Program-made: the position numbers and the translations under genes
Origin: Escherichia coli
GTDB lineage: Bacteria; Pseudomonadota; Gammaproteobacteria; Enterobacterales; Enterobacteriaceae
Reading direction: 5' to 3' (one strand)
DNA length: 64,000 nucleotides
NCBI RefSeq assembly: GCF_024223415.1
Contig: NZ_CP100500.1
Notes under the pieces: generated by a model
What the model was told of the DNA's origin: nothing
The model's input: only the letters and a program-made list of their open reading frames with translations
The model's database searches: none
In this document: piece after piece, positions 55,090-64,000 of the stretch
How positions within the stretch are numbered: the stretch's first letter is position 1
Layout: each line of letters opens with the position of its first letter

Positions 55090-57160
55090 TCTGGCCGCGA
55101 TGCTGCGCCTGCCCGCAAACCTGAAATCGACACAATGGCAGATCCTTGCCGGACCGATTTTGATCCTGTTGATCTTGTCGATGATGGTGCTGCCACTGCC
55201 CGCATTCATACTCGACCTGTTGTTTACCTTCAATATTGCCTTGTCGATCATGGTGTTGCTGGTGGCGATGTTTACCCAGCGCACGCTTGAGTTTGCTGCG
55301 TTTCCGACCATTTTGTTGTTTACCACGCTGTTGCGTCTGGCACTTAACGTGGCTTCAACCCGTATCATTTTGATGGAAGGGCATACCGGCGCAGCGGCGG
55401 CAGGGAAGGTGGTTGAAGCGTTCGGTCACTTCCTCGTTGGTGGCAATTTCGCTATCGGTATCGTGGTGTTTGTCATTCTCGTGATCATCAACTTTATGGT
55501 CATTACCAAAGGTGCCGGGCGTATCGCAGAAGTGGGTGCGCGCTTTGTTCTCGATGGTATGCCGGGTAAGCAGATGGCGATTGACGCCGACCTTAACGCC
55601 GGATTGATTGGTGAAGATGAGGCGAAAAAACGCCGCTCCGAAGTCACTCAGGAAGCCGATTTTTACGGCTCAATGGACGGGGCAAGTAAGTTTGTCCGCG
55701 GCGATGCCATCGCCGGGATCCTCATCATGGTCATTAACGTTGTCGGCGGGTTGCTGGTCGGTGTGCTGCAACATGGCATGAGCATGGGACACGCGGCGGA
55801 AAGTTATACGCTCTTGACCATTGGTGACGGTCTGGTGGCACAAATCCCGGCGCTGGTGATTTCTACCGCCGCGGGGGTCATTGTTACGCGTGTCAGCACC
55901 GATCAGGATGTTGGCGAGCAGATGGTGAATCAGCTTTTCAGTAACCCAAGCGTTATGTTGTTAAGCGCTGCCGTGCTCGGTTTACTCGGCCTGGTGCCTG
56001 GAATGCCGAACCTGGTATTTTTGCTGTTCACTGCCGGATTGCTGGGGCTGGCCTGGTGGATCCGTGGACGCGAACAAAAAGCGCCTGCCGAACCAAAACC
56101 GGTAAAAATGGCAGAGAATAATGCCGTTGTCGAAGCGACGTGGAACGATGTACAACTGGAAGATTCTCTGGGAATGGAAGTGGGTTATCGACTGATCCCG
56201 ATGGTCGATTTCCAGCAGGATGGTGAGTTGTTGGGCCGTATACGCAGTATCCGCAAGAAATTTGCCCAGGAGATGGGCTTCCTGCCGCCGGTGGTGCACA
56301 TTCGCGACAATATGGATCTGCAACCTGCCCGCTATCGCATTTTGATGAAAGGCGTGGAGATAGGCAGTGGTGATGCTTATCCGGGGCGCTGGCTGGCGAT
56401 TAACCCTGGAACCGCTGCCGGGACGTTACCTGGTGAGGCGACCATCGATCCGGCATTTGGCCTGAATGCTATCTGGATTGAAAGTGCGCTAAAAGAACAG
56501 GCGCAGATTCAGGGGTACACCGTGGTTGAGGCCAGCACGGTGGTGGCAACGCATCTTAACCACCTCATTAGCCAGCATGCCGCAGAGCTGTTTGGTCGTC
56601 AGGAGGCGCAACAGCTGTTGGATCGCGTCGCCCAGGAGATGCCAAAGCTGACGGAAGATCTCGTTCCTGGCGTCGTCACGCTCACCACACTGCATAAAGT
56701 GCTGCAAAATCTCCTCGATGAAAAAGTACCGATTCGCGATATGCGCACCATTCTCGAAACGCTGGCGGAACATGCACCCATCCAAAGCGATCCACATGAA
56801 TTAACCGCCGTCGTGCGCGTGGCGTTGGGACGGGCGATTACCCAGCAGTGGTTTCCTGGCAAAGATGAAGTCCATGTTATTGGCCTCGATACACCGCTGG
56901 AACGTTTGTTACTACAGGCGCTGCAGGGCGGGGGCGGACTGGAGCCAGGGTTGGCGGATCGTTTACTGGCGCAAACTCAGGAAGCGCTATCCCGTCAGGA
57001 GATGTTGGGTGCGCCGCCAGTATTGTTGGTGAACCACGCGCTGCGACCATTATTGTCTCGCTTTCTGCGCCGCAGCTTGCCGCAGTTAGTGGTGCTGTCG
57101 AATCTGGAACTATCTGATAACCGACATATCCGCATGACGGCGACAATTGGCGGTAAATGA
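55082..57160 (+). CDS. flhA: Flagellar type III export gate protein FlhA (692 aa)
   Basis: ORF track 55007..57160; start MSNLAAMLRLPANLKS; overlaps flhB end. Confidence 0.95.
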   Translation: MSNLAAMLRLPANLKSTQWQILAGPILILLILSMMVLPLPAFILDLLFTFNIALSIMVLLVAMFTQRTLEFAAFPTILLFTTLLRLALNVASTRIILMEGHTGAAAAGKVVEAFGHFLVGGNFAIGIVVFVILVIINFMVITKGAGRIAEVGARFVLDGMPGKQMAIDADLNAGLIGEDEAKKRRSEVTQEADFYGSMDGASKFVRGDAIAGILIMVINVVGGLLVGVLQHGMSMGHAAESYTLLTIGDGLVAQIPALVISTAAGVIVTRVSTDQDVGEQMVNQLFSNPSVMLLSAAVLGLLGLVPGMPNLVFLLFTAGLLGLAWWIRGREQKAPAEPKPVKMAENNAVVEATWNDVQLEDSLGMEVGYRLIPMVDFQQDGELLGRIRSIRKKFAQEMGFLPPVVHIRDNMDLQPARYRILMKGVEIGSGDAYPGRWLAINPGTAAGTLPGEATIDPAFGLNAIWIESALKEQAQIQGYTVVEASTVVATHLNHLISQHAAELFGRQEAQQLLDRVAQEMPKLTEDLVPGVVTLTTLHKVLQNLLDEKVPIRDMRTILETLAEHAPIQSDPHELTAVVRVALGRAITQQWFPGKDEVHVIGLDTPLERLLLQALQGGGGLEPGLADRLLAQTQEALSRQEMLGAPPVLLVNHALRPLLSRFLRRSLPQLVVLSNLELSDNRHIRMTATIGGK

Positions 57161-57552
57161 TGAGAACCTTATTAGCAATATTATTGTTTCCGCTGCTGGT
57201 GCAAGCCGCCGGGGAGGGGATGTGGCAGGCAAGTAGTGTCGGAATTACGCTAAATCATCGCGGTGAGTCGATGTCGTCTGCGCCTCTTTCTACGCGACAA
57301 CCTGCTTCAGGATTGATGACGCTGGTAGCGTGGCGTTATCAGCTTATCGGCCCGACACCTGCAGGACTGCGGGTTCGCTTGTGTTCGCAATCTCGTTGTG
57401 TCGAATTAGAGGGGCAGAGCGGAACCACCGTGGCCTTTTCCGGTATAGCGGCAGTAGAACCGTTGCGCTTTATCTGGGAAGTGCCTGGCGGTGGGCGGTT
57501 AATTCCGTCGCTGAAAGTACAACGTAATGAAGTGATTGTGAATTATCGCTGA
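57160..57552 (+). CDS. flhE: Flagellar protein FlhE
   Basis: ORF track 57157..57552; signal peptide MRTLLAILLFPLLVQA. Confidence 0.9.
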   Translation: MRTLLAILLFPLLVQAAGEGMWQASSVGITLNHRGESMSSAPLSTRQPASGLMTLVAWRYQLIGPTPAGLRVRLCSQSRCVELEGQSGTTVAFSGIAAVEPLRFIWEVPGGGRLIPSLKVQRNEVIVNYR

Positions 57553-57610
57553 AGGACAAAAAAAATTACGCGCTCGCGAGTATGTTTAATAACTCAGTGA
57601 AAAAGGCTGG

Positions 57611-57656
57611 ATGTTTTGTTGCAATCATTTATCAGGAATAGATTGCAACAAAACAT
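57611..57656. terminator. 15-bp perfect inverted repeat (16-nt loop) between convergent flhE and yecT; likely bidirectional terminator
   Basis: atgttttgttgcaat - catttatcaggaatag - attgcaacaaaacat. Confidence 0.55.
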
Positions 57657-57672
57657 GCCAAAAATATGTGAA

Positions 57673-58161
57673 TTATCCTCTTGTCAAAGGGCTTGGATAA
57701 AAATCTTCAGAGTTACGGTATAGCTGCAACTGGCGAGTTCGCGTATTGGTCTGTATGATCATACATGATAGCCATTCTGATTCAGAATAAGGGTCACTTA
57801 AATCCTGAACATCCTCATTTGAAAGGATTAATTCACATTCTTTGTCCCTAAAATCCAGCCAGGCTCGCTGTGATTTTTTAAGCAAGTTAAGTTGTTCAGT
57901 ATCAGGTTTTTTTGCACCTGTGCGTGGCACTTGTTCTATATAACGATAAGCTTCACCATAAGCTTTATTTAATTGCGCATCGACGAGATTGTATTCTTGT
58001 CGCAGGCATGATTTGATCACGTTAATGTCAGTATCATCATCTGAATTTTTTTGCCAACAATCTTTGATGGCTGAAATGTCATGGTCGTTTACTATAACCG
58101 TATCTTCTGCGTAAGCCTGGCAAGAGATAATGCCTAATGTTAATACAAGAAATTTAAACAC
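57673..58161 (-). CDS. yecT: Exported DUF1311/LprI-like protein YecT (162 aa)
   Basis: ORF track; signal peptide. Confidence 0.75.
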   Translation of the reverse strand: MFKFLVLTLGIISCQAYAEDTVIVNDHDISAIKDCWQKNSDDDTDINVIKSCLRQEYNLVDAQLNKAYGEAYRYIEQVPRTGAKKPDTEQLNLLKKSQRAWLDFRDKECELILSNEDVQDLSDPYSESEWLSCMIIQTNTRTRQLQLYRNSEDFYPSPLTRG

Positions 58162-58282
58162 TGCGGTATTCCTTAAATTGAACCGTTATCGTTTTCCTGG
58201 GCCTGGATATTACGCTTCTGGCCTCTTACTCAACAGTGAGAAAACGATGGCATGTCCGTTTTCAGAATACATTTAGATGGCA

Positions 58283-58317
58283 ATAAAAAAGCCTGATCGG
58301 CTAACCCTGATCAGGCT
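58283..58317 (-). terminator. Rho-independent terminator of argS
   Basis: aagcctgatc...gatcaggctt stem followed on minus strand by T-run. Confidence 0.7.
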
Positions 58318-58337
58318 TCACTCTCACGAAAAATCGA

Positions 58338-60071
58338 TTACATACGCTCTACAGTCTCAATACCCAGCGTATCCAGACCCAGCTTCAGCGTCTTCGCCGT
58401 CAGTTGTGCCAGTTTTAGACGGCTGTTACGCACTTCTTCGTTTTCTGCGCTGAGGATCGGGCAGTGCTCGTAGAAGCCAGAGAACAGACCGGCCAGATCG
58501 TACAGGTAAGCACACATTACATGCGGCGTGCCTTCACGGGCAACCACGGTGAGGGTTTCTTCAAACTGCAGCAGGCGAGCTGCCAGTTGCGCTTCACGAT
58601 CTTCACGGATGATAACCGGAGCTGCAGCCAGTTGCTCTTCGTCAATTTCTGCTTTACGGAACACGGACAATACACGCGTGTATGCATACTGCATGTAAGG
58701 CGCGGTATTACCCTCAAACGCCAGCATGTTGTCCCAGTCGAAGATGTAGTCCGTGGTGCGGTTTTTGGAGAGATCCGCATATTTCACCGCACCAATACCA
58801 ACCGCGTTAGCCAGTTTTTCCAGCTCGTCGGCTGGCATATCCGGGTTCTTTTCTGCCACCAGACGGCGTGCACGTTCCAGGGCTTCATCCAGCAGATCGG
58901 CCAGTTTCACTGTACCACCCGCGCGGGTTTTGAACGGTTTGCCGTCTTTACCCAGCATCATGCCGAACATGTGGTGTTCCAGCGGTACGGATTCCGGTAC
59001 ATAGCCTGCTTTACGGACGATCGCCCATGCCTGCATCAGGTGTTGATGCTGACGGGAGTCGATGTAATACAGCACGCGATCGGCATGCAGTGTTTCATAA
59101 CGATATTTCGCACAGGCGATATCAGTGGTGGTATAGAGATAGCCGCCATCTTTCTTCTGAATGATCACGCCCATCGGTTCGCCTTCCTTGTTTTTAAACT
59201 CATCAAGGAATACGACGGTCGCCCCTTCGCTTTCTACTGCCAGACCTTTGGCTTTGAGATCCGCCACGATTCCTGGCAGCATCGGATTGTAGAGGCTTTC
59301 GCCCATCACGTCATCACGGGTCAGCGTCACGTTGAGACGATCGTAGGTGATCTGGTTCTGCGTCATGGTGATGTCGACCAGTTTGCGCCACATCTCGCGG
59401 AAATATTCGTCACCGCTTTGCAGTTTTACCACGTAGTTACGTGCACGCTCGGCAAACTCTTCATCTTCGTCGTAATGCTTTTTCGCATCGCGGTAGAAAC
59501 CTTCAAGGTCAGCCAGCTCCATTTCACCGGCGTTTTCCTGCTGCTGCTTTTCCAGCCATGCAATCAGCATACCGAACTGAGTGCCCCAGTCGCCGACGTG
59601 GTTTGCGCGAATCACTTTGTGACCGAGGAACTCCAGAGTACGCACTGCTGCGTCACCAATAATGGTAGAGCGCAGGTGACCGACGTGCATCTCTTTCGCC
59701 ACGTTTGGCGCAGAGTAGTCAACCACAATGGTCTGTTTTTCTGGCGTAGCAACACCGAGACGATCGGACGCCAGCGCCTGCTGAACATGTTCAGCCAGGA
59801 ATGCCGGATCAAGGAAAATGTTGATAAAGCCTGGACCGGCGATCTCAACTTTGCTGGCGATACCGTTAAGATCCAGATGAGTCAGCACCTGCTCTGCTAA
59901 TTGTCGCGGTGCCATACCCAGTTTTTTAGCAACTGCCATCATGCCGTTAGCCTGATAGTCGCCGAACTGAACTTTTGCTGACTGACGAACCTGCGGTTCG
60001 CAATCCGCAGGCGCGCCTGCCGCAATCATGGCCTGACGGACTTTTTCTGAGAGAAGAGCCTGAATATTCAC
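58338..60071 (-). CDS. argS: Arginine--tRNA ligase (577 aa)
   Basis: ORF track; class I HIGH-type motif in [14 protein letters not shown]. Confidence 0.95.
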   Translation of the reverse strand: MNIQALLSEKVRQAMIAAGAPADCEPQVRQSAKVQFGDYQANGMMAVAKKLGMAPRQLAEQVLTHLDLNGIASKVEIAGPGFINIFLDPAFLAEHVQQALASDRLGVATPEKQTIVVDYSAPNVAKEMHVGHLRSTIIGDAAVRTLEFLGHKVIRANHVGDWGTQFGMLIAWLEKQQQENAGEMELADLEGFYRDAKKHYDEDEEFAERARNYVVKLQSGDEYFREMWRKLVDITMTQNQITYDRLNVTLTRDDVMGESLYNPMLPGIVADLKAKGLAVESEGATVVFLDEFKNKEGEPMGVIIQKKDGGYLYTTTDIACAKYRYETLHADRVLYYIDSRQHQHLMQAWAIVRKAGYVPESVPLEHHMFGMMLGKDGKPFKTRAGGTVKLADLLDEALERARRLVAEKNPDMPADELEKLANAVGIGAVKYADLSKNRTTDYIFDWDNMLAFEGNTAPYMQYAYTRVLSVFRKAEIDEEQLAAAPVIIREDREAQLAARLLQFEETLTVVAREGTPHVMCAYLYDLAGLFSGFYEHCPILSAENEEVRNSRLKLAQLTAKTLKLGLDTLGIETVERM

Positions 60072-60286
60072 CGGAATACCTTACATTGATGAAGCGAGCA
60101 AAAATTGCCCGCACCAGTTAAAGAAATTAGGGCGGGAGTATACTGCAAATGGCTGTTTTCGTCAGCAACGTGCACGTGGCGTATTGCCGTTTTCACTATT
60201 GCATCAGAAGCGGCGTGAAATCAGCGGTTGGTTGGCGCAGGGCAACAGGGTAAATTAACGCTTTTACTGAAAGACGAAGAGTGATT

Positions 60287-60853
60287 ATGGCGAACTGGCA
60301 ATCTATCGACGAGCTGCAGGATATTGCATCGGATTTACCGCGATTTACCCACGCATTAGATGAACTTTCCCGCCGTTTGGGGTTGGATATCACTCCGTTG
60401 ACTGCCGATCACATTTCCTTGCGTTGCCATCAAAACGCCACCGCTGAACGCTGGCGTCGCGGGTTTGAACAGTGCGGCGAGCTTTTGTCAGAAAATATGA
60501 TCAATGGCAGACCGATTTGTCTGTTTAAATTGCATGAACCGGTACAGGTTGCGCACTGGCAGTTTTCCATTGTGGAGCTACCGTGGCCTGGGGAAAAACG
60601 TTACCCGCACGAAGGTTGGGAACATATTGAAATCGTTCTGCCGGGTGATCCAGAAACGCTGAATGCCCGTGCGCTGGCATTGCTTTCTGATGAAGGACTC
60701 AGCCTACCGGGGATCTCAGTGAAAACCAGTTCGCCAAAAGGTGAGCATGAACGATTACCGAATCCGACGCTGGCGGTCACCGATGGCAAAACAACCATTA
60801 AATTTCATCCGTGGTCCATTGAAGAGATTGTTGCCAGCGAGCAGTCGGCGTAA
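60287..60853 (+). CDS. yecM: YecM (188 aa), VOC-like metal-binding fold
   Basis: ORF track 60281..60853; start MANWQSIDELQDIASDLPRF. Confidence 0.85.
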   Translation: MANWQSIDELQDIASDLPRFTHALDELSRRLGLDITPLTADHISLRCHQNATAERWRRGFEQCGELLSENMINGRPICLFKLHEPVQVAHWQFSIVELPWPGEKRYPHEGWEHIEIVLPGDPETLNARALALLSDEGLSLPGISVKTSSPKGEHERLPNPTLAVTDGKTTIKFHPWSIEEIVASEQSA

Positions 60854-60857
60854 TTAA

Positions 60858-61613
<756 letters not shown>

Positions 61614-61649
61614 TTTTTACCGTTGCATCATGTCGCCCAATATGATGCT

Positions 61650-61683
61650 TGCTCGTACCAGGCCCCTGCAATTTCAACAGGGG
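61650..61683 (+). terminator. Rho-independent terminator of cutC
   Basis: aggcccctg-caatttcaa-caggggcc plus T-run. Confidence 0.75.
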
Positions 61684-62000
61684 CCTTTTTTTATCCCTGA
61701 ATAGTGTAAAAAATGAACGATTACCGCGATCTGTTGAGCGGGTGACAGTGCACATAGCGTTGTGCTAAAAATATTTTATATATTCACATTAATTATGTGA
61801 TTTAAATTGCTAAAACTGACAAATATATATTCTAAATAACAACTGGATTATTCCTTAGCAATTAATGATTACATTGTAATAAATCATATTCTTTAGCGAT
61901 TATTTCAGGCAGTGTTGTGCCGAATTAAGCAAGTAGTCAATTCGTTGTATATTTATTTATACAATGATTTCGGTGTTCTGGAATTTAATTAGAGGAATCT

Positions 62001-63101
62001 ATGCGAGGGAAAAAACGCATTGGGTTATTGTTTTTGCTGATAGCGGTTGTGGTTGGTGGTGGCGGGTTCTTGCAGGTGCAAAAAGCCTTACATAAAACGT
62101 CGGATACAGCATTTTGCCTTTCCTGCCACTCGATGAGTAAACCTTTTGAGGAATATCAGGGAACTGTCCACTTTTCGAACCAGAAAGGGATACGTGCGGA
62201 ATGTGCCGATTGCCATATTCCAAAGTCAGGGATGGATTATTTATTCGCTAAATTAAAAGCATCTAAAGATATTTATCATGAATTTGTTAGCGGCAAAATA
62301 GACAGTGACGATAAGTTCGAAGCTCATCGCCAGGAAATGGCCGAAACAGTATGGAAAGAATTAAAAGCAACTGACTCTGCAACGTGCCGTAGTTGCCATT
62401 CTTTTGATGCCATGGATATTGCCTCGCAAAGTGAATCTGCGCAGAAAATGCATAACAAAGCACAAAAGGGCGGCGAAACCTGTATCGATTGTCATAAAGG
62501 CATTGCCCATTTTCCGCCAGAAATAAAAATGGATGACAACGCGGCGCATGAGCTGGAAAGTCAGGCCGCTACTTCAGTGACTAATGGCGCACATATTTAT
62601 CCTTTCAAAACTTCTCGCATAGGCGAGCTGGCTACCGTGAATCCTGGTACCGATCTCACCGTCGTTGATGCCAGTGGCAAACAGCCGATCGTTCTGTTGC
62701 AGGGTTATCAAATGCAGGGCAGTGAAAACACGCTCTACCTGGCGGCAGGTCAACGGCTGGCGCTAGCCACATTAAGTGAAGAAGGTATCAAGGCGCTCAC
62801 GGTAAACGGGGAATGGCAGGCTGACGAATACGGCAATCAATGGCGTCAGGCGTCTTTACAGGGTGCGCTTACCGATCCCGCATTAGCGGACCGTAAACCG
62901 CTATGGCAATACGCTGAAAAACTTGACGATACCTATTGCGCTGGTTGTCATGCCCCTATTGCCGCCGACCATTACACCGTCAATGCGTGGCCTTCCATTG
63001 CCAAAGGAATGGGGGCACGAACCAGCATGAGCGAAAACGAACTGGACATTTTAACGCGGTATTTCCAGTACAACGCCAAAGATATTACCGAGAAACAGTG
63101 A
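62001..63101 (+). CDS. torY: Membrane-anchored pentaheme c-type cytochrome TorY (NapC/NirT family)
   Basis: ORF track; CxxCH heme motifs (CLSCH, CADCH, CRSCH, CIDCH, CAGCH). Confidence 0.9.
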   Translation: MRGKKRIGLLFLLIAVVVGGGGFLQVQKALHKTSDTAFCLSCHSMSKPFEEYQGTVHFSNQKGIRAECADCHIPKSGMDYLFAKLKASKDIYHEFVSGKIDSDDKFEAHRQEMAETVWKELKATDSATCRSCHSFDAMDIASQSESAQKMHNKAQKGGETCIDCHKGIAHFPPEIKMDDNAAHELESQAATSVTNGAHIYPFKTSRIGELATVNPGTDLTVVDASGKQPIVLLQGYQMQGSENTLYLAAGQRLALATLSEEGIKALTVNGEWQADEYGNQWRQASLQGALTDPALADRKPLWQYAEKLDDTYCAGCHAPIAADHYTVNAWPSIAKGMGARTSMSENELDILTRYFQYNAKDITEKQ

Positions 63102-63125
63102 TCCTCGTTGATCAGGGAGGAAGTT

Positions 63126-64000
63126 ATGACATTAACAAGACGTGAATTTATTAAACACAGCGGTATTGCCGCTGGAGCGCTGGTGGTGACATCGGCAGCA
63201 CCGCTACCCGCATGGGCAGAAGAGAAGGGCGGTAAAATCCTCACCGCGGGACGTTGGGGAGCGATGAACGTAGAAGTGAAGGACGGCAAGATTGTTTCTT
63301 CGACAGGCGCGCTGGCGAAAACCATACCGAACTCCTTACAGTCTACGGCGGCGGATCAGGTACACACCACGGCGCGTATTCAGCATCCGATGGTGAGAAA
63401 AAGCTATCTCGACAATCCACTGCAACCGGCGAAAGGTCGTGGCGAAGATACCTATGTACAGGTGAGCTGGGAACAGGCATTAAAACTGATTCATGAGCAA
63501 CATGAGCGTATTCGTAAAGCTAACGGACAATCGGCCATTTTTGCCGGATCTTACGGCTGGCGCTCTTCTGGCGTGTTGCATAAAGCGCAAACCTTACTGC
63601 AACGTTATATGAACCTGGCGGGCGGTTATTCCGGGCATAGCGGCGATTATTCAACCGGGGCAGCACAGGTGATCATGCCGCATGTGGTCGGTTCTGTAGA
63701 GGTGTATGAACAGCAGACCTCCTGGCCGCTGATTCTGGAAAACAGCCAGGTTGTGGTGCTGTGGGGAATGAACCCGCTGAATACCTTAAAAATTGCCTGG
63801 AGCAGTACCGATGAGCAAGGGCTGGAATACTTCCATCAGCTGAAAAAATCTGGCAAACCAGTGATTGCCATTGATCCTATCCGCTCCGAAACCATCGAGT
63901 TCTTTGGCGATAATGTCACCTGGATCGCGCCGAATATGGGCACCGACGTGGCACTGATGTTAGGGATTGCGCATACCCTGATGACACAAGGCAAACACGA
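63126..64000 (+). CDS. torZ: TMAO/N-oxide reductase TorZ/BisZ (molybdoenzyme), N-terminal part; continues beyond window
   Basis: ATG at 63126 gives [31 protein letters not shown] (Tat signal RREFIK); open to window end. Confidence 0.85.
   Translation, partial: MTLTRREFIKHSGIAAGALVVTSAAPLPAWAEEKGGKILTAGRWGAMNVEVKDGKIVSSTGALAKTIPNSLQSTAADQVHTTARIQHPMVRKSYLDNPLQPAKGRGEDTYVQVSWEQALKLIHEQHERIRKANGQSAIFAGSYGWRSSGVLHKAQTLLQRYMNLAGGYSGHSGDYSTGAAQVIMPHVVGSVEVYEQQTSWPLILENSQVVVLWGMNPLNTLKIAWSSTDEQGLEYFHQLKKSGKPVIAIDPIRSETIEFFGDNVTWIAPNMGTDVALMLGIAHTLMTQGKH

Noticed and set aside
54511-55368. 285-aa minus-strand ORF
   Set aside because: Antisense across the flhB/flhA junction; no support.
58464-59900. 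478-aa ORF on the plus strand
   Set aside because: Lies entirely antisense to the strongly supported argS gene; low-complexity, His/Phe/Val-rich translation typical of a spurious antisense frame.

Overview
This window is an Enterobacterial (Escherichia coli-like) chromosomal segment covering the flagellar/chemotaxis regions, in reverse orientation relative to the usual K-12 map. Gene calls rest on the supplied ORF track plus my recollection of K-12 protein sequences; no database search was run. Coordinates for intergenic features were counted by eye and may be off by a few bp. Order: fliI(partial)-fliHGF on the minus strand, fliE, a strain-specific island (emrE/ybcL/ybcM-like cassette, AT-rich non-coding DNA, an IS200/IS605-family element with broken tnpA and intact tnpB), yedKFE, yedD, amyA, fliTSD, fliC, fliAZ, tcyJ-dcyD-tcyLN, sdiA, yecF, an IS1 copy with 9-bp target duplication, uvrYC, pgsA, tRNA operon glyW-cysT-leuZ, yecA, tyrP, yecH, ftnA, yecR, azuC, yecJ, ftnB, araFGH, otsBA, uspC, flhDC, motAB-cheAW, tar-tap-cheRBYZ, flhBAE, yecT, argS, yecM, cutC, torY and the start of torZ. 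Almost all core genes are full length. The main exception is flhC, which is frameshifted; this would silence the otherwise intact flagellar regulon. No CRISPR array and no rRNA were seen. The most notable items are the flhC frameshift, the accessory island next to fliE with its TnpB-only IS element, and the IS1 insertion in the yecF/uvrY control region.
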